Shown: positions 1 to 10,046 of the stretch, piece after piece
Numbering within the stretch: the first letter of the stretch is position 1
Layout: each line of letters begins with the position of its first letter
Assembly (NCBI RefSeq): GCF_000020025.1
Contig: NC_010628.1
Span: 7,440,001-7,472,000 of the forward strand
Length of the DNA: 32,000 nucleotides
DNA from: Nostoc punctiforme PCC 73102
Lineage (GTDB): Bacteria; Cyanobacteriota; Cyanobacteriia; Cyanobacteriales; Nostocaceae
Reading direction: 5' to 3'
Made by a program: the position numbers and the translations under genes
Notes under the pieces: generated by a model
What the model was told of the DNA's origin: nothing
What the model saw: only the letters and a program-made list of their open reading frames with translations
Databases searched by the model: none

Positions 1-825
1 GATTTCTAAGTTACCAAAAGCTTGCTCATATAGGTAATAAACAATCGTTTTTGAGCTACTGAGCGGTCCCCCTTGGGTCATAATGTATACTTCTTCAAAA
101 ACTTTGGTTGCAGAAATAGCTGAAATCACCGCTACTAATGCTAAATATGGCTTCATCAAAGGTATGGTAATATCCCAATGTTTGCTGATACCATCGGAAC
201 CATCGATCGCAGCAGCTTCGTATACATCAGCAGGAATTGATTGCAACCCTGCTAAATAAATCACCATATAGTAGCCTAGTCCCTTCCACACAGTGACAGC
301 CATAACGCTGGCCAGAGAAATTGGTATAATGCCAAAAATTTTCGCTGGGCTAGTTAGCCAAGGAATACCTTCTGGAAAAAGCCCCAAAGCTTTTAGGAAT
401 TGATTCAGTAATCCGTTTTCTGCATACAGCCATTTCCAAGCTATTCCTGCAACCACCATTGAAATCACTACTGGGGTGTAGTAGGCTGCTCTAAACCAAT
501 TCATCCCCCGCAGTTTCTGATTTACCAAAATTGCCAGCAATAAGGGAGCAATTACCAAAATTGGGACTACGCCCACAAGATATAAAAAAGTGTTTTCTAA
601 GGTTTTCCAAAAAACTGCATCCTTCCAAAGTTTAAGAAAGTTGGCTAAACCTATCCATTGTGGCGGCTGGGCGATATCTTCATAGCTAGTAAAGCTGAGG
701 TAAAACGCTTGCAGCGCAGGCAACAAGACTGTTAACCCCAAAAGAACCAAGGCGGGTAGTAAAAATAAATAGGGGGTAAGTCGCTGTTTGATAAAGATCC
801 AATTTTTAGGTGTCAATTGATTCAT
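1..825 (-). CDS. ABC transporter permease (MalF/UgpA-type sugar permease), partial; the 3' end lies beyond the window edge
   Basis: Hand translation of the minus strand from the ATG at 825-823 gives 275 open codons (MNQLTPKNWIFIKQRLTPYLFLLPALVLLGL...). It has multiple hydrophobic helices and the EAA loop EAAAIDGSDGISKHWDITIPLMKP typical of binding-protein-dependent permeases. It is absent from the ORF track because it is truncated by the window edge. Confidence 0.85.
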   Translation of the reverse strand, partial: MNQLTPKNWIFIKQRLTPYLFLLPALVLLGLTVLLPALQAFYLSFTSYEDIAQPPQWIGLANFLKLWKDAVFWKTLENTFLYLVGVVPILVIAPLLLAILVNQKLRGMNWFRAAYYTPVVISMVVAGIAWKWLYAENGLLNQFLKALGLFPEGIPWLTSPAKIFGIIPISLASVMAVTVWKGLGYYMVIYLAGLQSIPADVYEAAAIDGSDGISKHWDITIPLMKPYLALVAVISAISATKVFEEVYIMTQGGPLSSSKTIVYYLYEQAFGNLEI

Positions 826-947
826 ATAAGGTCTAATAATTGTTTTTCCTTTGTCAGCAATAATTTGGGGATGTGAGTAGATTTAAGCTTCAATATTCTA
901 AAGGCATATATTTGCAATCTGCTGTCATAACTCAGAGATAAACGACG

Positions 948-1610
948 ATGGAAACTCAGCACAACCCGCCAATTGAACATCAAAATGTCCCCATAAACCA
1001 CCGTGGGCTACATGAATTTTTGTATAGTTCCGATGACGAACACACTGCCATTGAGGTGAGTATAACCCCTGAGCTGGCAAACAATGGTACTGAAATCATT
1101 GGACTTGAGACTTGGAGTGCATCTGCTCAGAACGCTAAAATTGCAGGTGTTTACTCAGTATTAGATGCAGAACGCCGCGTGCAGTACATTGGCTATTCTC
1201 GAAATGTGTTACTTTCCCTAAACGGCCATGTCACCCAAAATGGTCAGCAAAAGTGTGCTTTTGTGCGCGTGCAAGCATTCAAGTTCCCCAAGCGTCAAGA
1301 TATGGAAGACTTGCGAGATGCGTGGATAGCAGAACTCGAAACCACACCACCTGGTAATGCGTCCGAAAGCGAAATGTGGGCTAGTACAGTAGGGGAAGCT
1401 GCAAAGGCGGTAATGTCGGAGGCGGAACGTCAAGCATACGAGGAGAAAAAGCTAAAACTGCGGAAAGCAATGGCTGACACCACCCTTTCTAAAGAGTCAG
1501 AAACAATAGATACGAATATAGCCGAACGTCAGCGTCAACTTGAAGCTGCTGTGACAAATGATGACTGGAGTGTAATTATCGACGCACAGACCCAAGAAAC
1601 CAAGTCTTAG
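948..1610 (+). CDS. Conserved hypothetical protein with a GIY-YIG-like motif
   Basis: 220-aa ORF with an ATG start. GVYSVLDAERRVQYIGYS has the same GIY-to-YIG spacing as UvrC-type GIY-YIG modules. The C-terminal half is an acidic, helical tail. The functional call is tentative. Confidence 0.6.
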   Translation: METQHNPPIEHQNVPINHRGLHEFLYSSDDEHTAIEVSITPELANNGTEIIGLETWSASAQNAKIAGVYSVLDAERRVQYIGYSRNVLLSLNGHVTQNGQQKCAFVRVQAFKFPKRQDMEDLRDAWIAELETTPPGNASESEMWASTVGEAAKAVMSEAERQAYEEKKLKLRKAMADTTLSKESETIDTNIAERQRQLEAAVTNDDWSVIIDAQTQETKS

Positions 1611-1647
1611 GATGAGTGTTCAGTCTTCTTGTTATTTCCCCACTTGG

Positions 1648-1676
1648 ATACCCCACTCTCTAAAGGGATGGGGTAT
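1648..1676 (+). terminator. Candidate stem-loop downstream of the 948-1610 gene
   Basis: ATACCCCA (1648-1655) and TGGGGTAT (1669-1676) form a perfect 8-bp inverted repeat about 40 nt after the stop codon. No clear U-tract follows. Confidence 0.3.
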
Positions 1677-1867
1677 TTAAGTGTAAGTGTTTAGATGAAT
1701 ATTTTTGCCGACGCAGCTTTAGGGATCTATCTGAAGGTAGTTTTTGACTTACCATCATTTTTTTTTATCATTTTGAAAAAAAACAATATTTGCTCCTATC
1801 GTTTAAGCAGCGTAAATTAAAAGTCATCAGGATAAATGCAGACAGAAATAACGCCAACAGGTGCAAT

Positions 1868-2524
1868 ATGAATCCATTCAAAAAAGTATCGTCTAACAAT
1901 GTTGATGCAAAAGTAGTTCAAAAACCTCAGGTTGTGGAGATACAACCAGCAGCACAGAATACTTCTACTCAAGAACTGACTCGCGGACAACGCCTTGCTG
2001 ATAAATTTGCCGCGCAAGTGGGTTCTTGGGGATTTCTCATTGGGCAAAGCACGGTTTTGGCCGGATGGGTTAGTATCAACTTAATGCCTGGGGTTCCCCA
2101 CTGGGATCAATCACCCTTCATGATGCTTAATTTAGTGTTTTCATTTGCCTCAGCCTATACAGCACCCATCGTCTTGATGAGTCAAAATCGCCAGTCTGAT
2201 ACCGATCGAAGAAATGCCGAAATTGACCATCAGGTGAATTTAAGGGCTGGACAAAATATTGAACTTCTCCATGAAAAATTGGATGACTTACACACTCAGC
2301 AGCTAAATGAACTAACCCAAATTGTCAAAGAACAGCAGCGAGTTATCCACGAGCTTAAAGTAAGCCTAGTGCCTGGTTCTAAAGAGATTAAAGAATTTAA
2401 GATGAGCGTATGCCAGGAATATATGTCCAAAATGGCGCTCAATTACCTAAGCAAATTATTATTAATAAAGCTTTCAATGTTGACCAACCAATCGGGGACA
2501 ATAACAAAGTTTTTGAGAAGTTAA
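1868..2524 (+). CDS. DUF1003-family membrane protein
   Basis: LADKFAAQVGSWGFLIGQSTVLAGWVSINL...SPFMMLNLVFSFASAYTAPIVLMSQNRQSDTDRRNAEIDHQVNLRAGQNIE matches the DUF1003 signature as I recall it. The track ORF starts at a TTG (1790); the ATG at 1868 (MNPFKK) is the more plausible start. Confidence 0.75.
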   Translation: MNPFKKVSSNNVDAKVVQKPQVVEIQPAAQNTSTQELTRGQRLADKFAAQVGSWGFLIGQSTVLAGWVSINLMPGVPHWDQSPFMMLNLVFSFASAYTAPIVLMSQNRQSDTDRRNAEIDHQVNLRAGQNIELLHEKLDDLHTQQLNELTQIVKEQQRVIHELKVSLVPGSKEIKEFKMSVCQEYMSKMALNYLSKLLLIKLSMLTNQSGTITKFLRS

Positions 2525-2642
2525 TCCGTCGATAAGTATTTAAAGTAAGTTAATAGAATAAAGTATTTGTCAACGATACATTTGGCTGACTTACATAGAA
2601 GTACTAAAAAGATATCTAACTCTGGTTAGCAAAGTAATAGAG

Positions 2643-3425
2643 TTATGCTGACACAGCAGAAATTGCACAAACTTGTAAACCCACAGGTGTCTGGATAATC
2701 ACAGATTCCACACCAAATACTTGAGCGATCGCATTTGGTGTCAAAACTTCTTCAGGTTTACCAACTTCCCAAAGATGACCTTGTTTTAATAAAGCAATGC
2801 GAGAACTGTATCGTGCCGCTAGGTTTAGTTCGTGTAGAACTGTAACAATAGTTAATTCTTGCTGTTGATTCAGATTTTTTAGTAATTCCAATAATTGTAA
2901 TTGATAGTTGATATCTAAAAAAGTTGTAGGTTCGTCTAATAATAAAACTTTTGGTTCTTGCGCTAGTGCTAAAGCTAAAAAAGCGCGTTGTCTTTCACCA
3001 CCGGAAAGTTGTTCAACTAAGCGATCGCTCAATTTTTCTAGTTGCGTCTTTTTAATTGCAACTTCTACTTTCACCCAATCTTGAGCGTTTAATTCCCATT
3101 GCCACCAAGATTGATGTGGCGTGCGTCCCAAACTTACTAATTGTCGCACTGTTAAGCCCACGGGAACCGTTTGTTGTTGCGGTAATAATGCTAGTTTCTG
3201 TGCAACTATATTTGGGGGTTGGGAATGAATTGCTTTGCCATCAAGTAGAACTGTTCCTTGCTGTGGGGAAAGAATACGACTCAGCAATTTTAATAAAGTA
3301 GATTTACCTGAACCATTAGCACCAACTAAACTCAACCATTCTCCTGTTTGCAGAGTCAGATTAATGTCTTGAACAATTGGTACTGTGGTGTAACCGCCTG
3401 TGAGGTTTTGCAGTTCGAGTGGCAT
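2643..3425 (-). CDS. ABC transporter ATP-binding protein (iron-chelate/FecE-FhuC-like)
   Basis: Walker A GANGSGKST, ABC signature LSGGERQRAFLA and Walker B VLLLDEPTTFLD in a 260-aa protein. No cognate permease is adjacent. Confidence 0.9.
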   Translation of the reverse strand: MPLELQNLTGGYTTVPIVQDINLTLQTGEWLSLVGANGSGKSTLLKLLSRILSPQQGTVLLDGKAIHSQPPNIVAQKLALLPQQQTVPVGLTVRQLVSLGRTPHQSWWQWELNAQDWVKVEVAIKKTQLEKLSDRLVEQLSGGERQRAFLALALAQEPKVLLLDEPTTFLDINYQLQLLELLKNLNQQQELTIVTVLHELNLAARYSSRIALLKQGHLWEVGKPEEVLTPNAIAQVFGVESVIIQTPVGLQVCAISAVSA

Positions 3426-3627
3426 TTCAGCAATTTAACAATAAGAAACTTAATTTTAGAAGGTTTCCCCGATATCTGCATTAAAATTTACAAGTTTTGC
3501 GATCGCTAAACTCTCTGAATCATACCTGCTGCGATCGCTCCAAATCTTGTATTTAAGTATAATAGTGTATCACTAGGAACATATACTTCAATGCTCCTAG
3601 ATTACATCTTTTTGCTGAAGTGGAATT

Positions 3628-4470
3628 CTACTTATTGCCGCACAGTAAGCCAAACCGAATTAACCCACGTTCATAACCGCGACGCATTAATCCCAGTGAT
3701 AATGCCCCTTGAATGGTAGTCCAACCAGCATTTAGTAAACCCCAAAGCGCTTGGGGAGTGAATGCAGAATCAATTACCACATTCCAAAAGGGGGCGACAG
3801 CAGTTGACCAATCAGCAGTGCGGATATTATGTAATGGTAGTTGATGTGCGATCGCTTCATACTCTGGCAAAGAAATCACATAAGGCAAACAATACACCCG
3901 ATAAATATCCTGCAAGTGCTTTTCCTCATCTGCCGTTAATGGAGATTCATCAGTTGGTCGATGACACCAAGTCACCATAATTAACTTGCCACCAGGCTTC
4001 AGTACTCGATAGCACTCCTGAAGAAACTTGGTTTTATCTGGCATGTGTTCGCCACTTTCCAGCGACCAAACCAAGTCAAAAGAATCGTCAGCAAAGGGCA
4101 TTGCTTGAGCATTAGCGACTTGGAACTGTGTTCTCAGACTCAAATTAGCTTCCAATGCGCGTTCTGTTGCTCTTGCAGCTTGTACAGGACTCAATGTAAT
4201 CCCTGTAGCTTTAGCATTAAACTTTTGCGCCAGGTATAAAGAACTACCGCCAATTCCACAACCCACATCTAGTATATCTTCTGCTGCTTGTACCCCTGCC
4301 CAATTAAGCAATTCTTCGATTAAATCAATTTGAGCCTGACGGCGGTCTTTTTTCTGGGTACCATCAGCGCCGTAATAGCCGTGGTGCATGTGTTCGCCCC
4401 ATATCTGTTCCCACAGACCAGATGAAGCATCGTAAAATTGCTGAATTTGCTGGTAAAGTGTTGCACTCAT
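3628..4470 (-). CDS. vte4: Gamma-tocopherol methyltransferase (SAM-dependent)
   Basis: SSGLWEQIWGEHMHHGYYG, DRRQAQIDLIEELL, SAM motif LDVGCGIGGSSLYLA, WSLESGEHMPDK and YCLPYVISLPEYEAIA are colinear with Synechocystis slr0089 / plant VTE4 as I recall them. Confidence 0.85.
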   Translation of the reverse strand: MSATLYQQIQQFYDASSGLWEQIWGEHMHHGYYGADGTQKKDRRQAQIDLIEELLNWAGVQAAEDILDVGCGIGGSSLYLAQKFNAKATGITLSPVQAARATERALEANLSLRTQFQVANAQAMPFADDSFDLVWSLESGEHMPDKTKFLQECYRVLKPGGKLIMVTWCHRPTDESPLTADEEKHLQDIYRVYCLPYVISLPEYEAIAHQLPLHNIRTADWSTAVAPFWNVVIDSAFTPQALWGLLNAGWTTIQGALSLGLMRRGYERGLIRFGLLCGNK

Positions 4471-4711
4471 GAAAAAAGTAGTATTGAGACGAAGTAAAAT
4501 TCAAAAAAACATACTGGTAGACTACCATGTATGTTTTTAATTAAATAAGGGTATTTTTGTTCTAAGAAAGCTAAACCGGAATTAATCCTCTTTAGAAAAA
4601 TTTCTCAGTTTTACCTGAACAAGCTGTTATTGCTCAAAATTATACCAACTATCCAAAAAATATACGATATCCAAGAGGTTTAAACCCAGGTTAAATCTAA
4701 CTTTCTTAACC

Positions 4712-4746
4712 ACGAATTACGAATTACGAATTACGAATTACGAATT
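4712..4746. repeat. Heptanucleotide tandem repeat, 5 x ACGAATT (same family as 16514-16538)
   Basis: Five perfect head-to-tail copies read directly from the sequence. The array ends 4 nt before the ktrB ATG at 4751. Confidence 0.95.
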
Positions 4747-4750
4747 AATT

Positions 4751-6085
4751 ATGACTGTTGCTCGGACAATTTGTTTGGGATTTTTGGCTGTCATTGCTGT
4801 TGGTGCTATCCTGTTGATGATGCCTTTTTCGACTAGCAATGGTACATGGAATAACCTGATTGTGGCACTATTCACCTCGACATCCGCAGTTTGTGTCACA
4901 GGTTTATCAGTAGTTGATCCTGGTACTTATTTTTCCTTTTGGGGCCAATTGTTTATTGCACTATTAGCTCAGATTGGCGGTTTGGGCTACATGACAACTA
5001 CCACATTTCTAATTTTGCTCATTGGTCGTAGGTTTGATATGCGGCAGAAAATAGCAATTCAACAAGCTTTAGACCGACCAGGGATGAGTGGTAGTGCCCA
5101 AGTTATCCGTTCAATTATTGCCACAACTTTAATTTTTGAAATTACAGGCACATTCTTACTTCTGCCTGCTTTCGTTCCTGAATATGGATGGAGTAAAGGG
5201 CTTTGGTTAGCCATTTTTCATAGTATCAACGCTTGGAATAATGCTGGTTTTAGTTTATTTAAAGATAACTTAATTGGCTATCAGTCATCTTTCTTAGTAG
5301 TCTTTACCATCACAATGTTAATTATCTTTGGGGGAATTGGCTATCAGGTAATTTTGGAAATGTACCTTTGGTTGCGCGATTGCCTTTTCAAAAAAAATCA
5401 TAACCAAATATTTTCTCTAGATTTTAAAGTTGCAACTAGCACAACTATTATATTGTTAGTAATAGGAGTAATTGCATTCTTTTGTATAGAGATTAGAAAC
5501 CCAGAAACATTTGGTTCTCTAAATTTTCGTGACCAGATATTACTAGCTTGGTTTCAATCAGTTACTCCTAGAACTGCTGGTTTTAATACCATCGATATTA
5601 GCAAAATGACTACCGCAGGTTTATTTATTACGATTGCGATGATGTTTATTGGTGCAAGTCCAGGTGGTACAGGAGGAGGCATGAAAACAACAACTCTTAG
5701 AGTCTTGACCAGTTGTACCAAGGCAATTCTTCAGGGAAAAGAAGAAGTTTTATTATACGATCGCAAAATAGCAATATCTTTAATTTTGAAAGCCGTAGGT
5801 GTGTTAGTGGGTTCAATAGCAACAGTAATTTTAGCTACTATCTTAATCAGCCTTACAGATCCAACTTTGGATTTTATTCAAATTTTGTTTGAAGTGGTAT
5901 CAGCCTTCGCCACTGTGGGGCTTTCAACAGGTATTACAGGAAGTATCTCTATAATAGCAAAGCTCATCCTCATTATAACTATGTACATTGGACGAGTAGG
6001 TGTTTTACTACTGATGTCCGCAGTACTAGGAGACCCCCGCCCCACCAGAATTCACTATCCTGAAGAAAATCTCCTCGTGGGATAG
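4751..6085 (+). CDS. ktrB: Potassium uptake protein, TrkH/KtrB family membrane subunit
   Basis: 444-aa polytopic protein with four pore-loop glycine motifs: QIGGLGYMTT, AWNNAGFSLF, TPRTAGFNTI and FATVGLSTGI. A ktrA-type gene follows it. Confidence 0.88.
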   Translation: MTVARTICLGFLAVIAVGAILLMMPFSTSNGTWNNLIVALFTSTSAVCVTGLSVVDPGTYFSFWGQLFIALLAQIGGLGYMTTTTFLILLIGRRFDMRQKIAIQQALDRPGMSGSAQVIRSIIATTLIFEITGTFLLLPAFVPEYGWSKGLWLAIFHSINAWNNAGFSLFKDNLIGYQSSFLVVFTITMLIIFGGIGYQVILEMYLWLRDCLFKKNHNQIFSLDFKVATSTTIILLVIGVIAFFCIEIRNPETFGSLNFRDQILLAWFQSVTPRTAGFNTIDISKMTTAGLFITIAMMFIGASPGGTGGGMKTTTLRVLTSCTKAILQGKEEVLLYDRKIAISLILKAVGVLVGSIATVILATILISLTDPTLDFIQILFEVVSAFATVGLSTGITGSISIIAKLILIITMYIGRVGVLLLMSAVLGDPRPTRIHYPEENLLVG

Positions 6086-6250
6086 TTAAGGAGTGGGAAG
6101 TGAGGAGATAATAATTTCTTGACAACTCACTAATGACTAATGACTAAACTGATAAAATATACATTGGAAGGCAAAGAATAAGATTTTTAATTCAAGTATT
6201 ATAACCGTTTTTTGCCCTAAATACAGGGAGCCATTATAAGGATAAAAAGG

Positions 6251-6946
6251 GTGAATCTTTCATCATTAAGTTTTTTTCGCAGTTTACGTAAAGATAACCA
6301 ACAATTTGCTGTGGTTGGGTTAGGTCGTTTTGGTAGATCGGTCTGTTCTACACTGCATAACTTCGGTTATCAAGTGCTGGCAACAGATATTGATGAAAAA
6401 CGAGTTTCAGAAGCATTAACTGAGGGAATAGTTGGTCATGCTTTGCAATTAGATTCTACAGAACCAGCCGCACTAAAGGAAGCTGGAATTTTTGAATTTG
6501 ATACTGTAATCGTAGCGATTGGCAACTACGTTCAAGAAAGCATTATAACCACCCTAAATGTGAAAGAGGCTGGCGTACCTCATGTAGTCGCCAAAGCTTC
6601 TAGCGAAGTTCACCGTAAACTATTACGGCGAGTAGGAGCAGATCATGTTGTTTTTCCTGAATATGAAGCAGGTTGCGCTCTAGCGCGTACACTTACTAAA
6701 CCAGCAATCTTAGATCGATTTGATCTAGACCCAGATAACAGTATTGTAGAGTTGATTGTGCCTGATGAATTTCACGGTAGAACAATCACCGAGCTTCAAC
6801 TTCGTAACCGCTACGGTTTAAATTTGCTAGCGGTGAGTCAGGATGGTAAATTTCAAATTAATCCCGATCCTACCAAGCGTTTAGAACGTGGTTCCGCAAT
6901 GGTAGTTATTGGCTGCAATAAAGATATCAATCGTTTGCCGATTTAA
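6251..6946 (+). CDS. ktrA: Potassium uptake protein, KtrA/TrkA RCK-domain subunit
   Basis: GTG start. Rossmann motif VVGLGRFGRSV (TrkA-N) plus a C-terminal TrkA-C-like region (ITELQLRNRYGLNLLAV...VVIG), directly downstream of ktrB. Confidence 0.85.
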   Translation: MNLSSLSFFRSLRKDNQQFAVVGLGRFGRSVCSTLHNFGYQVLATDIDEKRVSEALTEGIVGHALQLDSTEPAALKEAGIFEFDTVIVAIGNYVQESIITTLNVKEAGVPHVVAKASSEVHRKLLRRVGADHVVFPEYEAGCALARTLTKPAILDRFDLDPDNSIVELIVPDEFHGRTITELQLRNRYGLNLLAVSQDGKFQINPDPTKRLERGSAMVVIGCNKDINRLPI

Positions 6947-7086
6947 AAAATTTAGAAGTCATTCAATTTGAGATTTTAGATTTTTCCTTAAATCCAAGTT
7001 GCGCTGTAAGCACACCAAAAGTGCTACTTAAAATCTAAAATTGGCAGAGTTAGAAGTTATTAATTTATTTCTAACTCCGAGTTTGT

Positions 7087-8232
7087 TTATTGTCCGGAAG
7101 TCGTTGAAGTAGATTGTGGTTCAACTGAGACAGGGTTTTCTAGTTGATTTGGCGTTTGTGGCTCAGGTGTTTGTACTACATTACTTGTTTTGTCTGGAGT
7201 CTGAGAGGGAGTAGTTGTTTGACTGGCTTGAGGCTGCTGTTGACCACTTTTTTGAGCAATTTGCTGCATTAGCTGTTCAATTTTTTCAGCTTGCTCAATG
7301 TTCCCTTGCTCACGATACTCAGTATGGGCACGTTTCAAGACTCCATTAGCTTTCTTGATGTCGCCTTGATTATATAAAGTGACTCCCAAATTATAGTAAG
7401 CTGAGGCGTTTTTAGGATTTAAGCGAATAGCTTGCCGATAAACAGAAATAGCCTCAGAAGCTTGGCCTTGAATTGCTAGCAAATTTGCCATGTTGTTATA
7501 AGCTGTGGCATTTTGAGGATCTAGCTGCAAGGCTTGACGATAAGTTGCGATCGCCTGCTCTGTTTGACCTTGTTGTTGCAAGGCGATCGCTAAGTTAAAA
7601 TAAGCATTGGCATTGCTGCTATCTAAATTAATTGCTTGCTGGTATACTGCGATCGCTTCCGGTAGCTGTTCTTGTTCATACAGCACCAAACCCAGATTAT
7701 ACAGCGCTGCTACCTTTGTGGGATCTATCACAAGGCTTTGACGATAAGCCGTAATCGCGGCATCTTTTTGTCCCTGACGATGCAGCACTAACCCTAAGTT
7801 GTAATAAGCTTCACTAAAATTAGGATTAATCCTAATCGCCTCTGTATATTCTTGTAAAGCTACATCTAGGCGATTTTGTTCCATGAATATATTACCCAGA
7901 TAATTTAGCGCAGCCCCAAGGCTAGGATCTCGCTGCAACGCCTGACGAAAGGCATATTCTGCACCCTGTAAGTCTTTGCGGTTATAGCGCGTGACTCCCT
8001 GCTGGAAAAAGCTAGCTGCTTCAAGATCCTGAGAAATTGCGGTTTCTGCTAGCAGCTTGCTTCCTGGAAAATTAGTAATCGCCGGTGCAGCTATGACCAA
8101 AAACGCAGAGAACGCAAATAGAAGTCTGAACAGGGGCTTTTTCTGAACAGAGTTTTGGTGAAATAAGGAGTGTAACCACGGCTGAGTTTGACTTTTTCTA
8201 GACAGGAGTGACATAGATGTACTTATGCTCAT
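7087..8232 (-). CDS. TPR-repeat protein with an N-terminal hydrophobic anchor/signal and a Q/P/T-rich C-terminal tail
   Basis: About 8 consecutive 34-aa TPR units (e.g. AYYNLGLVLHRQGQKDAAITAYRQSLVIDP). The hydrophobic segment is LLFAFSAFLVIAAPAI. The track ORF begins at a GTG (8259); the ATG at 8232 is chosen here, so the start is uncertain. Confidence 0.8.
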   Translation of the reverse strand: MSISTSMSLLSRKSQTQPWLHSLFHQNSVQKKPLFRLLFAFSAFLVIAAPAITNFPGSKLLAETAISQDLEAASFFQQGVTRYNRKDLQGAEYAFRQALQRDPSLGAALNYLGNIFMEQNRLDVALQEYTEAIRINPNFSEAYYNLGLVLHRQGQKDAAITAYRQSLVIDPTKVAALYNLGLVLYEQEQLPEAIAVYQQAINLDSSNANAYFNLAIALQQQGQTEQAIATYRQALQLDPQNATAYNNMANLLAIQGQASEAISVYRQAIRLNPKNASAYYNLGVTLYNQGDIKKANGVLKRAHTEYREQGNIEQAEKIEQLMQQIAQKSGQQQPQASQTTTPSQTPDKTSNVVQTPEPQTPNQLENPVSVEPQSTSTTSGQ

Positions 8233-8567
8233 ATCTTTATAAGTCAGAATACCCACCACAGCATGAAAAATTGCAAATCAAAAAATTAAGAATTTCTCAC
8301 TCTGTGAGCATTCGACTTTTGTGAAAACACTCTTGTCCTTGCTCAGTTGCTTTACATACCGTAGTTAGTGCAATATTCTACAGGTTTTATAATCTGCTAA
8401 TAAACAAATTCAAATCAACTGTTCTTTTACTTTCATGCCATCTTTCTTGACTAGATTTGACAAATTTAATTATTTAATCATGCATAAAATTAATCGTCTT
8501 GATATTGCAAGTCTCTAAAAATGGAGGGATTAAAACTTCAGCGAACCTTATTGCCCTCAAACTTGAC

Positions 8568-9773
8568 TTAAGACTTTATGGCTTCCGGCAAAATTAGCAT
8601 AGCATCACCAAAGGAATAGAAACGATACTTGGAAGCGATCGCTTCGTTGTATATATTCAATAGCCGTTCTCTGCCAATTAGCGCACTTACCAACATCAGC
8701 AAACTGGAACGCGGTAGGTGAAAATTGGTAATCAAACCATCCACCACCCGCCATTGGTAGCCGGGATAAATAAACAAGTCTGTTTTACCGCAAAATGCTT
8801 GTAAATTCCCAGATTTAGCCGCCCCTTCCAAAGCCCTTACTGCCGTTGTTCCCACAGCAATAATTCGACCGCCAGCAGCTTTGGTGGCGCGAATTTGCTC
8901 TACCGTGGCGGCGGGAACTTCAATCCATTCTTCATGCATCTGGTGGGTAGTTACGTCTTCCACTTCCACAGGGCGAAAAGTGCCTACACCAACGTGTAGC
9001 GTCACAAAAGCTTGATTGATATTGCGATCGCGCAGCTTTTGTAATAATTGTGGGGTAAAGTGTAATCCTGCCGTCGGTGCTGCGATCGCTCCTGGCTGTT
9101 CGGCATAAACTGTCTGATACTGCTCATCAGCAGCTGAGGAGGCAGTAATGTACGGTGGTAGCGGTACTTCACCAAATACCTCTAACAGTTGCACCAAAGG
9201 CTTTCCCTCTGGCACATCAAATTGCAGCAAACGTCCCCCGGTTGCTGCGTCTGTTTCTAAAACCGTAGCCGTGAGTTGTTGGCTGGTTACTGGGGAAAAA
9301 TCAAGGGAGCAGGGTGAAGAGTTTTCCCCTCTGCCCCCCGCACTCCTCCCCTCTGCCTCTTTTGAATCCCCAATCCTCTGCTTTGCTTCAAAAATAATCT
9401 TCGTTCCCTGTTTGAAGCTTTTTCCTGGCTTAACTAAAGCTAACCAACAGTTATACTGCCGTTCTTCCAACAGCAACACCTGGATTTTAGCACCAGTGGT
9501 TTTATGACCATAAAGCCGAGCTGGAATAACCCTTGTATTGTTCATGACCAACAAATCACCAGAGCGTAGCAGTGCAGGCAAATCATGGAAAATATGGTGA
9601 GATGCTTCTGTTTCAGCGCCTGTAGTGGGAGAATTAACTACCAGTAACCGGGAACTATCTCTAGGAACTGCTGGGTTTTGGGCAATGAGTTCTGGAGGTA
9701 GTGTGTAGTCATAGCCTGCTACCGAGCAATCTAATTCAAAATTTTTTTCTTTGGGGCTAGATGTATCTTTCAA
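8568..9773 (-). CDS. queA: S-adenosylmethionine:tRNA ribosyltransferase-isomerase (queuosine biosynthesis)
   Basis: [53 protein letters not shown] and [10 protein letters not shown] motifs. Apparent TTG start. It contains an atypical Gly/Ser/Glu/Arg-rich segment (see findings). Confidence 0.92.
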   Translation of the reverse strand: MKDTSSPKEKNFELDCSVAGYDYTLPPELIAQNPAVPRDSSRLLVVNSPTTGAETEASHHIFHDLPALLRSGDLLVMNNTRVIPARLYGHKTTGAKIQVLLLEERQYNCWLALVKPGKSFKQGTKIIFEAKQRIGDSKEAEGRSAGGRGENSSPCSLDFSPVTSQQLTATVLETDAATGGRLLQFDVPEGKPLVQLLEVFGEVPLPPYITASSAADEQYQTVYAEQPGAIAAPTAGLHFTPQLLQKLRDRNINQAFVTLHVGVGTFRPVEVEDVTTHQMHEEWIEVPAATVEQIRATKAAGGRIIAVGTTAVRALEGAAKSGNLQAFCGKTDLFIYPGYQWRVVDGLITNFHLPRSSLLMLVSALIGRERLLNIYNEAIASKYRFYSFGDAMLILPEAIKS

Positions 9774-10046
9774 CTTGGCTTGTACTAGTTTTTGCTTTAT
9801 TTAGTATTTATACTCTCTGACAAAAAGCTGTTTTTAGCTTTCTCTTCTAAAGGAACTTTAAGGCATCTTTGCCCAATTTTGTCGCGAGGCTATAAGATTG
9901 TTACTATTAAGTAACACGGAAAAATTAACATAAAAACTGGGTAAACCTCCCCATCTAAAAACGGGGGCTTTTACCCTACCGGGAACAGGCACTGATTGAC
10001 GAATATAGATATGTAGGATTGGCTTTGATCCCAAGCACCAACAAAC

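Noticed and set aside
1218-4239. Short antisense ORFs at 1218-1433, 1817-2047, 3056-3301, 3762-3980 and 4045-4239
   Set aside because: Each lies within and opposite to a motif-supported gene (GIY-YIG-like, DUF1003, ABC ATPase, gamma-TMT). They are typical shadow ORFs.
9148-9507. 119-aa plus-strand ORF antisense to queA
   Set aside because: It lies entirely within the well-supported queA gene on the opposite strand, and its low-complexity product derives from the G/C-rich insertion.
9937-9976. PreQ1-riboswitch-like sequence (CUGGG UAAACCUC CCCA UCUAAAAAC GGGGG) next to queA
   Set aside because: The A-rich tail after a short hairpin and the proximity to queA are suggestive. However, the element faces away from queA, toward an unrelated 129-aa ORF, and I cannot match the conserved loop nucleotides of the preQ1-I consensus. 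The region also folds as a plain extended hairpin (GGGTAAA...TTTACCC with inner CCCC/GGGG). A covariance-model scan (Rfam PreQ1 families) would settle the question.
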